Origin: Candidatus Borrarchaeum weybense
Lineage (GTDB): Archaea; Asgardarchaeota; Sifarchaeia; Borrarchaeales; Borrarchaeaceae
Direction of reading: 5' to 3'
NCBI GenBank assembly: GCA_019057385.1
Contig: JAHQJS010000004.1
Coordinates: 776,585 to 808,584, forward strand
Length of the DNA: 32,000 bases
The translations under genes and the position numbers were made by a program. Each line of letters begins with the position of its first letter. The stretch's first letter is position 1. Below are positions 16,881 to 27,035 of the stretch, piece after piece. The notes under the pieces are model-generated. The model ran no database searches and was not told the origin of the DNA. It worked only from the letters and a program-made list of their open reading frames with translations.

Positions 16881-17021
16881 TTATTTATGCTCTTTGGCGC
16901 ATGTTTTGCAAGCCCATCGTTTTATGACATTTCTTCGTCGAGTTGTAATTTCCACTAACTTAGCAACCGAAGATGAGTCAGAAATGACTGCACCACAATA
17001 TACGCATTTCCTACGAGCCAT
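16881..17021 (-). CDS. Small zinc-ribbon protein (46 aa; absent from the ORF track)
   Basis: The reverse complement gives MARRKCVYCGAVISDSSSVAKLVEITTRRRNVIKRWACKTCAKEHK*. It contains two CxxC pairs. The ORF starts 27 nt after the rfcL stop on the same strand and is followed by a T6 tract and hairpin. Confidence 0.45.
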   Translation of the reverse strand: MARRKCVYCGAVISDSSSVAKLVEITTRRRNVIKRWACKTCAKEHK

Positions 17022-17047
17022 TTTTGTGTCACCTTTGTTAATAAAAC

Positions 17048-18556
17048 TCAAAACCATTTGTCTAACTGTGTGTGTTTAGGTTTTTCCTCGTCCGCTATTG
17101 AAGGTTCTTCAAGTTTTTTTCTTACCTTTTTTACAACTTTTTTAGTTTCTTTTTTGGATTCTTTTTCAATCTTTTCTTTTGATTCTTTGGTAACTTTCTT
17201 TTTCTCTATCTTTTTTGTTGTTTCTGTTTTCTTCTCTTTCTTCACTTGTTTTGCAGGTTTTGGAGGAGGTTTAAGTTTTTCCATTTCTTTTTTGATTTCC
17301 TTAATGTTCTTTTTTTCTGTAAGCAAAGCAAGATCGTCATCTGAAAAATTGAACCATTTAGTAAGCTTAGCCGACATCTCTAGATCATTAAACATCCACT
17401 TTATAAAGGGTATATAATCTTTTGTTGCTCTTCTTTTGGAAGTATGGCATTTTTTTCCGATAGTTGCAGCAAGTTCTCCGGTTGCTCCCCGAACTTCTTT
17501 TGTACGGCTCATTTGCGATACCCAAGTAGGAAATCCATATCTTTGATAGGTATATCTCTGTCCCTTTAGTGGATTTGCTACGCCCTCTATCATATTGCTA
17601 TATACATATTTCAACAAAGTCCATTGCTGTCGTTTGCGTATTCTAGCCCTAAAAAGATCAGCCCTTGAAATTGCATCATACACCTGTGCAAGTGTTTCAG
17701 GCTCTATGGCGTGTTTTGCTGCATTTTCATTAATCCAAAGCAGAAGCATGTCAGGTCTTATATCTAGATCTCTTACTGACATACGTGCATCCTTTACAGT
17801 TTTCGCAGAAAATAGACCTTTCAACGCATTAAAAATGTCAGTTTCGTGATCTCTCGATGTCAATGTAGACAAATCATTCTCTGTAAGTTGGTTTTTGTCC
17901 ATAGCTATTGCCTGCAAATCATTAATTGCAGATCGCAGATCACCACCAGAGTTTTCTGCTATCTTTAGTAAAATACTATCGTCAACAACAATATCTTCGT
18001 TCTTGCAGATCTTCTTAAGTACATTTTTTATACTGGCTGCACGTAGACGTTGAAATTTAATTATTGTACAATATCTTCTAAAAGATGATAATCTTTGGTT
18101 GTATGGATCATTAGCCGTTGCAATAATTGGAACTCTTGCTTCTTTAAATATCTTTATTAGAGCTGCTATTCCTCCGCGATCTTCTCGACCAGAGACACCA
18201 TCTACTTCATCGATCAAAATTAGTTTCTTAGGACGGTTTCCGGAGTAAAGTGAACCTTCTGTTGCTGCTAATCCTACAATATCTTGAATTTGAGATTGCC
18301 CTCTTTTATCACTTGCATTCACTTCAATTACATCAAGCCCGTAGGTATTTGCTAAAGCATAAACTGCTGAAGTCTTTCCTGAACCAGGAGGTCCAACAAG
18401 AAGTGGGAACTTGATTGCTGATTTCTTTTTCTGTTCTTCAACTCTTTGCTTTTCTGTCCATTCCTCATACCACTTCAATAAATCAGTTGCTGCCTTCTTA
18501 TTGCCTGCGATTTGGTCTAGTGTAACTGGTCTGTACTTTTCTGTCCATAATACCAT
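17048..18556 (-). CDS. rfcL: Replication factor C large subunit
   Basis: WTEKYRPVTLDQIAGN (RFC box II), LLVGPPGSGKTS (Walker A), LILIDEVDG (Walker B), a Lys/Glu-rich tail and a C-terminal PIP-like TQLDKWF. Confidence 0.9.
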   Translation of the reverse strand: MVLWTEKYRPVTLDQIAGNKKAATDLLKWYEEWTEKQRVEEQKKKSAIKFPLLVGPPGSGKTSAVYALANTYGLDVIEVNASDKRGQSQIQDIVGLAATEGSLYSGNRPKKLILIDEVDGVSGREDRGGIAALIKIFKEARVPIIATANDPYNQRLSSFRRYCTIIKFQRLRAASIKNVLKKICKNEDIVVDDSILLKIAENSGGDLRSAINDLQAIAMDKNQLTENDLSTLTSRDHETDIFNALKGLFSAKTVKDARMSVRDLDIRPDMLLLWINENAAKHAIEPETLAQVYDAISRADLFRARIRKRQQWTLLKYVYSNMIEGVANPLKGQRYTYQRYGFPTWVSQMSRTKEVRGATGELAATIGKKCHTSKRRATKDYIPFIKWMFNDLEMSAKLTKWFNFSDDDLALLTEKKNIKEIKKEMEKLKPPPKPAKQVKKEKKTETTKKIEKKKVTKESKEKIEKESKKETKKVVKKVRKKLEEPSIADEEKPKHTQLDKWF

Positions 18557-18882
18557 CAGAATCCTTCACCTAGGCGTTTCGAAAATCATAGACTCGTAGT
18601 TTATATTTGCGCCTTTTGCTTAAAAAGTACATGCTTTAAGAAAAGTCGCAAGAACATCAGTTTCACACTTTTTGTCTTTGACCATAATTGACAACAATAT
18701 TTGTTTCGTTATTCGCGGATTTAAAAGAAATATTGAAATAACTTGCTAATTTTAAGTTAGTTAACTAAAAGCCAGTTTTTAAATGAAAAATAATTTAAAT
18801 TGCGATTCAATGAAATAACTTAGACTTTTTATAGTACTAGGAAATGCTACTTTCAATTCAAGTTGATATCGGTGAAAAATAA

Positions 18883-21813
18883 TTGAGCAGAAAAGCACCT
18901 TCAGTCGAAGCTTCAGTCGAAGATGAGCTATTCGAAGGAAAATTTGCCTATAGTTTCTCTCCCGATGAATTAATTGATATATTCAACACTGATAGAGAAA
19001 AAGGTCTTCCTTCAGAAGAGGCAGTTAATCGTTTAGAGAAATATGGTGAAAATGAACTTCCAAAGGTTAAGACATCATTTTGGAAAATCTATATTGCTCC
19101 TATTTCCAATTGGCTCATTAATATTTATTTGATTGCCGCTCTTGCTATTTTTCTAATAGCCTTATCTCTTGGGCCACAAGATGTCGGGGCAGTTCTCCCA
19201 CTTGTTGTTCCCTGGTTTGTAGTAATAGGTGCTAACGTTGTTGTAGCAGTCGTTCAGCAATTTAGAGGACAGAAAAAACTTGAAGCGTTGCAACAACTGA
19301 TGGCTGACGACATTCCTGCACTGCGAGATGGCAAACAAATCACTGTTATGACTCGCGATTTAGTACCAGGCGACGTGATTTTGTTACGGCAAGGTGAGAG
19401 GGTGCCCGCTGATTGTTTAATAATTGATTCTGCAGATCTTGCTCTGGATGAATCTAGTCTTACAGGAGAAAGTGTACCTGTTGAAAAAAATGTGGCTCCA
19501 GAGGGATTAGATGGCGAATTATCAATACAAGAAACAACAAATATGGTTTTTCTGGGTTCATATGTTGCACAAGGTACCGCCAAAGTCATTGTCATTTTCA
19601 CAGGTATTAGGACGGTTATCGGAGAATTGAGCCGAGAATTAGAGGAAATAACTACAGGGGAAATTCCCATCAGGAAAAAGGTGAATGTTTTAGCAAAATA
19701 TTTGGGTACAGCAGTTGGAATCCTTCTAGCAATTTCTGTATCTTTTAGAATTTTGAGCTTATTCGTTTTTCCTCCACCGGGAGTTCAGGCAAAAGGGGGG
19801 ATGATCGAATGGGTGGATTTAGCACCAGTTTTGATAAACGGCCTAACTGTTGCCTTAGCCATAATGCCAATCAATATTGTGTTACTTGTTACGATTGTCT
19901 TAATAACAGGTGTCCTTGCAATGGCTAAAGAAAAGGTAATCATTAGAGATCTCAGTGCAGTAGAAACTTTAGGTAGGGTTAGCGTGGTTTGTTCTGACAA
20001 AACGGGGACAATGACTGAGAATAAAATGACTGTTAAGCGCATTTGGGATGGTGATGGAAATCTATATGGCATCACAGGATCTGGATTGAATATAGAAGGG
20101 GTCATTTTTAAGATTGAAGATAGAGCTACTGTGGATTTACCTCGCGATGCATCTCTGCAAAAACCTGTTGGTTCTTTCCCAAAATCTCTAGAGTTTCTGT
20201 TGATAAACAGCCTGTTAAATAATGACGCTAAAATAAGCGATGGGAAATTAATTGGTACGCCAACTGAAGGTGCGATTAAGATTCTTTTTCATAAGTCAAA
20301 ATTACAGGAAAGCGAGATATTGAAGAATTATAATATGATTGCCGAATTTCCGTTTGACTCGAACGTGAAAAGAATGTCAAAAATGTTTAATGGAACGCAC
20401 ACTGATATTGTATTTTGTAAAGGTGCTAGTGAAGTAATTCTACCTCGTTGCTCACAGATTTCACGTGAAAATAATGAGGAAAAATTTACAGAACAAGAAA
20501 AAGAAAAGATTCTTGCACATATTAACGAATTTGCACAAATAGGGTTCAGAGTACTCTCATTAGCACATAAGAGCATAAAAGAACTTCCTAACGATATGAA
20601 AGAATCGCGTCACGAAATTGAAAGCAACATGACCTTTGATGGATTTGTTTGTATTGTTGATCCCCCTCGTCCTGGCGTATATGAAGCTATAAAGGAAACC
20701 CAGTCGGCTGGAATACAAGTCACAATGATTACAGGCGACAGCCCAGTTACAGCATCCTCAATTGCACGTGAATTGAATATCATCGAAGAAGGTTCAGATC
20801 AGATGAGTGTGGAAGGTTATCAGGTTAAATCACTTACTGATGAAGGCTTCTTTAAGACAAGAGTATTTGCCCGAGTAAGCCCAGAAGATAAACAAGTCAT
20901 CGTTGCAAGATATCAAAAGCGTGATAAAGTCGTCGCAATGACTGGTGATGGTGTGAATGATGCATTAGCTCTTAGCTTGTCAGATGCTGGAATTGCAATG
21001 GGCATCGCAGGGACTGATGTGGCAAAGCAGGCATCAGATATTATTATTACGGATGATTCTTTTACATCAATTAGAACAGGGATAAGAGAGGGAAGAAATC
21101 TCTTTCAAAAAATCAGAATGATGTGTTATTTCTATGTTTGCATAAACTTAATGGAAGCAGCTATCTTATTTGGAATGTCATTCATACCGAATTTCTTTGG
21201 CTTTTTGACGTTCCAACTTCAATGGTTGTATGTGTCGGCTCACACATTCCCAGGTTTTGCACTAGTATTTGATAAAAGTACAAGCAATATAATGCAAGAA
21301 AAACCGCGTGATACTCAAGAAATCATAGATCGTAAACTTTTTAAGATAATGGTTTTCCATGCAGCTTTGATGGCTATCGGAGTCGCGTTTATTTATATTA
21401 TAACGTTTACGGGAATCTATCCTGTATTTCCGGGTAACAATGTAGGATTGGTATCAACTGAATGGCCTTTGGCCCAACAGAAGGCTAGAACAATGGCAAT
21501 TGTTACAATTGTGTTTGTGGAATCTTTTATGGTACTCGCTATTCGCCGAATTAATATGTCCATCATTCAATCCAACAAAGGAGAAGATTTCTCACTTAGA
21601 ACCTATATTTTCATAGGAATGGTTATTTTCGGGACAGTTGGTCTTATTTATACCCCTATAGTCCAATTAGCAGTGATACATATTGGGATTGTCTTTGAAT
21701 TCATGTGGCTAACTTGGCTTGATTGGGTACTAATCATTATAGCATGCCTTCCTTCAGTTGTTGGAATTGAATTATATAAATGGACTAAAAGAAGTAAAGG
21801 CATTACATTTTGA
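18883..21813 (+). CDS. P-type (E1-E2) cation-transporting ATPase, P2-like
   Basis: Cation_ATPase_N-like GLPSEEAVNRLEKYGENELP, TGES, CSDKTGTMTENKM (phosphorylation site), MITGD and TGDGVNDALAL, with about 10 TM helices. TTG start, preceded by GGTGA 8 nt upstream. Confidence 0.9.
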   Translation: MSRKAPSVEASVEDELFEGKFAYSFSPDELIDIFNTDREKGLPSEEAVNRLEKYGENELPKVKTSFWKIYIAPISNWLINIYLIAALAIFLIALSLGPQDVGAVLPLVVPWFVVIGANVVVAVVQQFRGQKKLEALQQLMADDIPALRDGKQITVMTRDLVPGDVILLRQGERVPADCLIIDSADLALDESSLTGESVPVEKNVAPEGLDGELSIQETTNMVFLGSYVAQGTAKVIVIFTGIRTVIGELSRELEEITTGEIPIRKKVNVLAKYLGTAVGILLAISVSFRILSLFVFPPPGVQAKGGMIEWVDLAPVLINGLTVALAIMPINIVLLVTIVLITGVLAMAKEKVIIRDLSAVETLGRVSVVCSDKTGTMTENKMTVKRIWDGDGNLYGITGSGLNIEGVIFKIEDRATVDLPRDASLQKPVGSFPKSLEFLLINSLLNNDAKISDGKLIGTPTEGAIKILFHKSKLQESEILKNYNMIAEFPFDSNVKRMSKMFNGTHTDIVFCKGASEVILPRCSQISRENNEEKFTEQEKEKILAHINEFAQIGFRVLSLAHKSIKELPNDMKESRHEIESNMTFDGFVCIVDPPRPGVYEAIKETQSAGIQVTMITGDSPVTASSIARELNIIEEGSDQMSVEGYQVKSLTDEGFFKTRVFARVSPEDKQVIVARYQKRDKVVAMTGDGVNDALALSLSDAGIAMGIAGTDVAKQASDIIITDDSFTSIRTGIREGRNLFQKIRMMCYFYVCINLMEAAILFGMSFIPNFFGFLTFQLQWLYVSAHTFPGFALVFDKSTSNIMQEKPRDTQEIIDRKLFKIMVFHAALMAIGVAFIYIITFTGIYPVFPGNNVGLVSTEWPLAQQKARTMAIVTIVFVESFMVLAIRRINMSIIQSNKGEDFSLRTYIFIGMVIFGTVGLIYTPIVQLAVIHIGIVFEFMWLTWLDWVLIIIACLPSVVGIELYKWTKRSKGITF

Positions 21814-22042
21814 ATATCTAATAGACTCCTTGAAGTAGATTTTATGATTCTATGAAAATGTTAGAAATTCTTTATTAGCCTAATTTCTTCTACAGTTTTC
21901 CTCTCATTATTTTTCTGATCTATAATTTGCCGAAATCCAGTCCTCTTCTTAAATGCCTGAGATAGAAGTTAAAGCAATTCCATTGTACGAAAACATCTTA
22001 AACAACATTTAATATTTAGGCATAATAATATCGTCTTATCGA

Positions 22043-23635
22043 GTGGCTTCTATGAATGCAAAGGGCAGGAATTTTGCATTAATTGTACTCTTAACCTTTA
22101 TGGGTGGCCTACTACGTTTTTTAGTTTATTCAGATTTATGGTTTATCTTTGGAGATGACTGCAGATATGCTGGGCTTTCAAAAAATCTTATTGAACAGAG
22201 AGTATATTCATTGTATGCGCATGATCCCTTTATACTCCACCCACCCGTTCACCCAATTCTTGGAGCACTTATTCATACTGCTACTGGACTTGATTTTATC
22301 TATTCAGATCGCTTACTCTCATTTGTATTTGGAACTATGTCAATCCCTATCGTGTTTTTATTGAGTATGTTGTTTTTGAATTATCGCGAAAGCATTCTTA
22401 CAACATTTCTATTTACTATCTCAGGATTTCACATCTATTTAGCACAACTCTCTCTAACAGACAACACATTCATGTTCATGGGTTTTCTTAGTCTATATTG
22501 CTATTGCAAAGGGATATCCAATAGAAATTATCCAAAATTAATCATGGCAGGTCTTCTAGGTGGTTTTTGCGCCCTTACAAGAGATTTGGGCATCATATTG
22601 ATACTTCTCTTTTTCATATATTGGATTTTGACCACAGAACTTGTAAATACTTGGAGAATGCCGGTATTGGCAAGTTTGACACAAGGAGCAGTCTATTCCG
22701 TTTGGCCAGTATATCGTTACTTAAACTATATTTCACATCGTTATATTTGCGCCTGGGAAGGCTTTCCTGTTTATACCGGAAATTTCAATATTATAACGCT
22801 TGTTTCTCCTTTTAGTTTCCCAGAAATTTCAGCAGCCTTCGTTGGTTTATTTGCTCCTTATACCTATTACATTATTACCCTCCCTCATCTTACTAGCCTT
22901 TTTCTGCCATGGCCACTTAACAGTTCTATTGTTCTTTATGGTCCTTTTGGTGGAAATGAACATCTTGTCCCATTATATTTCTTCCTTTTGATTCCGGGAG
23001 TAGTAGGAGCTCTAAAATCACGCCAATATTTTATTCTATCATGGATTCTGATATTTTTTGTTCCCCTATCGTTTCTAACAAATGTTGACGTAAGATTCGT
23101 CGATTTCACTCTACCTGCTTTTAGCATGCTATATGTGTATGGGTTAGTCACATGTAAAAATATCTTAAAGTGGGTTCTAGAAAAGTTTAAACCTGGAGCA
23201 AATAGGCAGATTATAGAACTCTTACGCCATCAAGATGTACTCTCTTATTTGATTACTTTTTTAACGGTTAGTTTTATCATATTTGGACTCCTTCAAGCGA
23301 GAGGAACTATTCTTACTCAGCGATACGAAATTCAAGGTGCCGATCTTGCAGCTGAGGTTGAGGAATTGAATGGGGTGACAATGGTGCGACTTGGCTACTC
23401 ACAAGAAGTAGCGTATCTTACTTCAAAGGAGATCATAGGAATGCCACACACACCTACGAGGTTGGATGATATTATAAATCATTATAACGTGAATTATATT
23501 GCTTGGGGGCAGCATTCACCTTGGTGTGAGCAAACAATAACATATATTCAAGAACATCCCGAGAAATACGCTTTATATCTATATATCTCATCTCCAGAGA
23601 ATAACGACGTCTATCTAATTTATGAAGTTCTCTAG
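22043..23635 (+). CDS. Polytopic membrane glycosyltransferase, GT39/ArnT-PMT-like
   Basis: More than 10 TM helices. An acidic first-loop motif (FGDDCRYAGLSKNL) resembles the DE/DD motif of GT-C enzymes, and there is a soluble C-terminal domain. The family call is approximate. Confidence 0.5.
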   Translation: MASMNAKGRNFALIVLLTFMGGLLRFLVYSDLWFIFGDDCRYAGLSKNLIEQRVYSLYAHDPFILHPPVHPILGALIHTATGLDFIYSDRLLSFVFGTMSIPIVFLLSMLFLNYRESILTTFLFTISGFHIYLAQLSLTDNTFMFMGFLSLYCYCKGISNRNYPKLIMAGLLGGFCALTRDLGIILILLFFIYWILTTELVNTWRMPVLASLTQGAVYSVWPVYRYLNYISHRYICAWEGFPVYTGNFNIITLVSPFSFPEISAAFVGLFAPYTYYIITLPHLTSLFLPWPLNSSIVLYGPFGGNEHLVPLYFFLLIPGVVGALKSRQYFILSWILIFFVPLSFLTNVDVRFVDFTLPAFSMLYVYGLVTCKNILKWVLEKFKPGANRQIIELLRHQDVLSYLITFLTVSFIIFGLLQARGTILTQRYEIQGADLAAEVEELNGVTMVRLGYSQEVAYLTSKEIIGMPHTPTRLDDIINHYNVNYIAWGQHSPWCEQTITYIQEHPEKYALYLYISSPENNDVYLIYEVL

Positions 23636-23793
23636 CTGATTGATTATGCTTAGAAAGCTTTTTCCACTTTTATAGAAGTCTCTGTCTCTTTGTATTTGTG
23701 AAGTTTAATAGTAAGAATTGTATCAAATAAGAAATAATTTTATATTAGGCGTAAAAGTAAATTCTGACAAGTTAAAAAGGGGGTTAATAATAG

Positions 23794-24273
23794 ATGGAAC
23801 AATCTAAATTATATTCAAACGAAGATTTAGTCGCTTATTGCGGCATTAATTGTAAAGAATGTAAGGCAAAGGCTAAAAGGCGAGGAAACCTTGCTAATTT
23901 GTTGAAAGAAGCTCTTAAAGAGTTACCTTTAGAATTATTCCGTGAAGTCTTTCCACCATTTAAGCCTATCAATGAAGTAATGGAATTTCTTGAATTTTTA
24001 CCGATGATGTCAAACATGCAAACATGTTGCACTTCAACAGAACATCCATGTGGAGATCCAGACTGTAAAATTCGCGTTTGTATACAAGAAAAGAACATAA
24101 GAACCTGTGCAGAATGTGAGGAAGATTATAAAACATGTGTAAAACTTGATTTTCTAAAACCAGGTCATAAAACATTGATAGAAGATCTTGATTTTATTAA
24201 AGAAAAAGGATTTGACGCGTACGTTGAAGACGTGATTAAAAAATACAAGATGGATCCTGTAACTGTTGAGTAA
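23794..24273 (+). CDS. Cys-rich DUF3795-like protein
   Basis: N-terminal YCGINCKECK with further CxxC pairs (CAECEEDYKTC), as in DUF3795 proteins. Recognised from memory. Confidence 0.55.
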   Translation: MEQSKLYSNEDLVAYCGINCKECKAKAKRRGNLANLLKEALKELPLELFREVFPPFKPINEVMEFLEFLPMMSNMQTCCTSTEHPCGDPDCKIRVCIQEKNIRTCAECEEDYKTCVKLDFLKPGHKTLIEDLDFIKEKGFDAYVEDVIKKYKMDPVTVE

Positions 24274-24291
24274 ATCCTCATTTCCCCTCCT

Positions 24292-25305
24292 TTATTCTTG
24301 TATAAAAATATCTTCGTTCAGATACACAACTCTATTATATCTTGCATTTTTTTGAATATATGCCTCATCAAAAACTATGCTATTTTCAATTATAGAATTT
24401 TCACCGATTTCTGTATTTCTTCCTATTGTTGTATAAGGTCCTATCTGAGTATTTTTTTCTATTTTTGCATTATTTCCAATTAGCACAGGAGGAATAATCT
24501 TTGTATTACTTCCAATTTGACTTCCATTTTCTATTAGTTTAAATCCTGGCGTAATTGGGATTATTCCAGCTTGAATGCGGGATAAAACCTCACGATTAGC
24601 ATCTAAAAGATCCTTTGCTCGAGAAATGTTCTTTCTCCATCCGTCAAATAATGATCCATATACTTTTACGTTGTCTTGTTTAAGTAATTTCTTAATCGCA
24701 TCAGCAATTTCAAATTCCCCTCTTGGTGAGGGCTTTATTTCCTGAATAGCACGGAATATTATCGGACTGAAAATATAGATGCCGGTTGTAATGATATTAG
24801 AGAATACTATGGATGGCTTTTCTTCAATTTTAATGATCTTGTTATCTTCTCCAATGAGAACAACTCCTGTTTCTTTTGGAGTTCTTTTTTCTTCTAAAAG
24901 AAGTGTGGCATTCGCTTGGCGATTTAAATGGTGTTGAAATAAATCGTTAGGCGGCAAATCTAGAAATAGATTATCTCCTAAATACACTACAAAATCTTTC
25001 TTGACGATTTCTTTCGCCAGATTAATTGCATCAGCTAATCCTAGTTGTTTTTCTTGAAATAAATATTTGATGGATCCTCTAAAGTGTGTGCTGTTCAAAT
25101 ACACTTGAATTTGTTGGTATTTGTAACCCAGCACCATGAAAATTTTTCTTATATGAAGTTTTTGCAAAAAATCGAGCGCGTATTCGATGATTGGCTTTCC
25201 AGCAACCGATAGCAGTGGTTTAGGGATATGTTCTGTCAGAGGCAAGAACCTTGTTCCTTTACCAGCTGCAAGTACTATTGCAGTATCGAGAATTTCAATC
25301 ACCAA
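24292..25305 (-). CDS. NDP-sugar pyrophosphorylase (nucleotidyltransferase domain plus left-handed beta-helix)
   Basis: LAAGKGTRFLPLTEHIPKPLL (GxGTR motif). The C-terminus has hexapeptide-like repeats (IGNNAKIEKNTQIGPYTTIGRNTEIGENSII). Confidence 0.8.
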   Translation of the reverse strand: MVIEILDTAIVLAAGKGTRFLPLTEHIPKPLLSVAGKPIIEYALDFLQKLHIRKIFMVLGYKYQQIQVYLNSTHFRGSIKYLFQEKQLGLADAINLAKEIVKKDFVVYLGDNLFLDLPPNDLFQHHLNRQANATLLLEEKRTPKETGVVLIGEDNKIIKIEEKPSIVFSNIITTGIYIFSPIIFRAIQEIKPSPRGEFEIADAIKKLLKQDNVKVYGSLFDGWRKNISRAKDLLDANREVLSRIQAGIIPITPGFKLIENGSQIGSNTKIIPPVLIGNNAKIEKNTQIGPYTTIGRNTEIGENSIIENSIVFDEAYIQKNARYNRVVYLNEDIFIQE

Positions 25306-25357
25306 AAGAAGATGCGTTCTATAGCTTCTAAAATGTAAAAACGAAGTAAGTAATTAA

Positions 25358-26104
25358 TTATTTGGTCTCAATAGAAATCCCTAAAAAATCTGTATTAACG
25401 AACCAGTTAGAAATATCAGCTTGCTCTAAGAATTGTTGGACTTCTTGCGGTGTATAACTCGCATCGATTGATGATTTCCAATATTTCCACCAGTTTCCAG
25501 CAATAAGGCGTCCTAACACATGCACAATGAATTTTGCCCTTAGCCCTAAATCCCGGCGTTCATCTTTGATATATACTTTCCCATCTGGCTTTAATACCCG
25601 AGAAATCTCTTTGAAACCATTTAAGGGATTTTCCCAGTGATGCAGAGAATCGTTGGATAAAACCAAGTCATATTTTTGATCTGGAATCATTTCCATGTTT
25701 TCAACATAACCAGTTATATAATTTACACGTTCTGCTACATTTTCATCTTTTGCATTCTTTCTGGCTACTCTTTGCATATCGGCTGATGGTTCTAGACCAT
25801 CTACTCTGACATCAGGACGTTCTTTTGCCAACCAGATACCTATCCAGCCTGGGCCTGGACCTATTTCTAGAATAATCGCCCCTTGTGGTGGATCTATTGA
25901 TTTTATGATATGTTTTATAATATTTCGATACTCAAAACCCATATTTTTCTTCATCCTTTCACTATATTCTTCCATGGTAAACTCTGGAGTATCTAGTATT
26001 GCCTCTCCTTCTGGGATTCTAGGTCTGATTTTCTTGCTTTTAGCCATTTGTTTACACCACTTTTTTTTAATTCCAAAGGCGTGATATGCACTTTTCAGTG
26101 ACAT
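25358..26104 (-). CDS. Class I SAM-dependent methyltransferase
   Basis: ILEIGPGPGWIG (motif I), DGLEPS, DLVLSNDSLHHW and LKPDGKVYI. Confidence 0.8.
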   Translation of the reverse strand: MSLKSAYHAFGIKKKWCKQMAKSKKIRPRIPEGEAILDTPEFTMEEYSERMKKNMGFEYRNIIKHIIKSIDPPQGAIILEIGPGPGWIGIWLAKERPDVRVDGLEPSADMQRVARKNAKDENVAERVNYITGYVENMEMIPDQKYDLVLSNDSLHHWENPLNGFKEISRVLKPDGKVYIKDERRDLGLRAKFIVHVLGRLIAGNWWKYWKSSIDASYTPQEVQQFLEQADISNWFVNTDFLGISIETK

Positions 26105-26137
26105 TGAAAAAAATAAAAAAAGGGCAATAATGCCCTT

Positions 26138-26764
26138 TCACATAATACATTCTATTAAAGCTTCTATTTTATATGGCTTTACTGCGTCTACAATAGCTTC
26201 AATTGGTTCATCGTCTTCATCTTTTTCTCTTACGATTTCTAGAGCCCTCCTGCGCCTTCGTATAAATTCTCCCAATGTGGGGAATTCATACGTCATCTCA
26301 TATTCAGCAATCAATTCAATTTCTTCTTTGTGAGCAAATCCTTTGATGCTTTCTGAAAAACCTCTATGACTTACCATAATAAATCTAAATCCATTTATTG
26401 CTATTTTTTCGTTTACAAGAAGACTCCTCAGCCGACTTATTTGATAGCCCTGATCAATTCCTACAACTCTGTTCCAATCTTTCATAATTACTAACCCTAA
26501 ATGATCGCCAATAGAGTTTTTCAAAAGCAGCGTAGTATTATTATTTGCTAACATTTTTCTGATATGGCTTTTCCTATATGGTTTCCAATGAGCTATGTCA
26601 ACTGGTACTAAACCCTTTTTTTGGAAATAGGTTCTAGTAAGCCAACGAAGTTCATTCGGCATTCTAGCTCTCTTTCCCAGCGAAATCTCTCTAACCCCCA
26701 ATTGTCTATATAGTAAAATACCGACAAAATACTTTATAATTGTTGCCCTCCTTTTTAAAGGCAT
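26138..26764 (-). CDS. Hypothetical protein (208 aa)
   Basis: Clean ORF ending in an acidic tail. It lies immediately downstream of the GC-box array. No family recognised. Confidence 0.5.
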   Translation of the reverse strand: MPLKRRATIIKYFVGILLYRQLGVREISLGKRARMPNELRWLTRTYFQKKGLVPVDIAHWKPYRKSHIRKMLANNNTTLLLKNSIGDHLGLVIMKDWNRVVGIDQGYQISRLRSLLVNEKIAINGFRFIMVSHRGFSESIKGFAHKEEIELIAEYEMTYEFPTLGEFIRRRRRALEIVREKDEDDEPIEAIVDAVKPYKIEALIECIM

Positions 26765-26777
26765 TATAGGCGCTCTT

Positions 26778-26867
26778 CGGGCGCGATGGCGCGTTTTATT
26801 AAATATGCGGGCGCGATAACCTCTCCCTTTATATATACGTGCGCGATTGTGCGCTTCTTTATATATT
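26778..26867. promoter_or_regulatory. Three tandem 30-bp units, each a GC box (GCGCGAT) plus a TATA-like box
   Basis: Units are cgggcgcgatggcgcgttttattaaatatg, cgggcgcgataacctctccctttatatata and cgtgcgcgattgtgcgcttctttatatatt. GCGCGAT begins at 26781, 26811 and 26841, an exact 30-bp period. The array lies in the divergent intergenic region between 26764(-) and 27036(+). Confidence 0.5.
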
Positions 26868-27035
26868 ATTACCTTAAACGCTACAAAGATTAAAATTCTA
26901 GAAATATAGCTAAATACAATACATAAAAAGGCAGCAAATAAGAATGAAGCTGATATTTGAATCAGTATTCATTTAAACACCACTTATATGAGATAGGCAA
27001 AGTTCTTCATATTTGAAGGTAAGCTTTTTACTTGA

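Noticed and set aside
16894-17079. 61-aa plus-strand ORF between the M24 peptidase gene and rfcL
   Set aside because: It is antisense to the more plausible 46-aa zinc-ribbon ORF and overlaps the rfcL stop. It has no motif support.
17058-17417. 119-aa plus-strand ORF rich in Phe, Ser and Leu
   Set aside because: It is the antisense reading of the Lys/Glu-rich low-complexity tail of rfcL and is a composition artefact.
19254-20576. Minus-strand ORFs inside the P-type ATPase gene (19254..19670, 19785..20105, 20328..20576)
   Set aside because: They are antisense shadows of a gene with complete P-type ATPase motifs.
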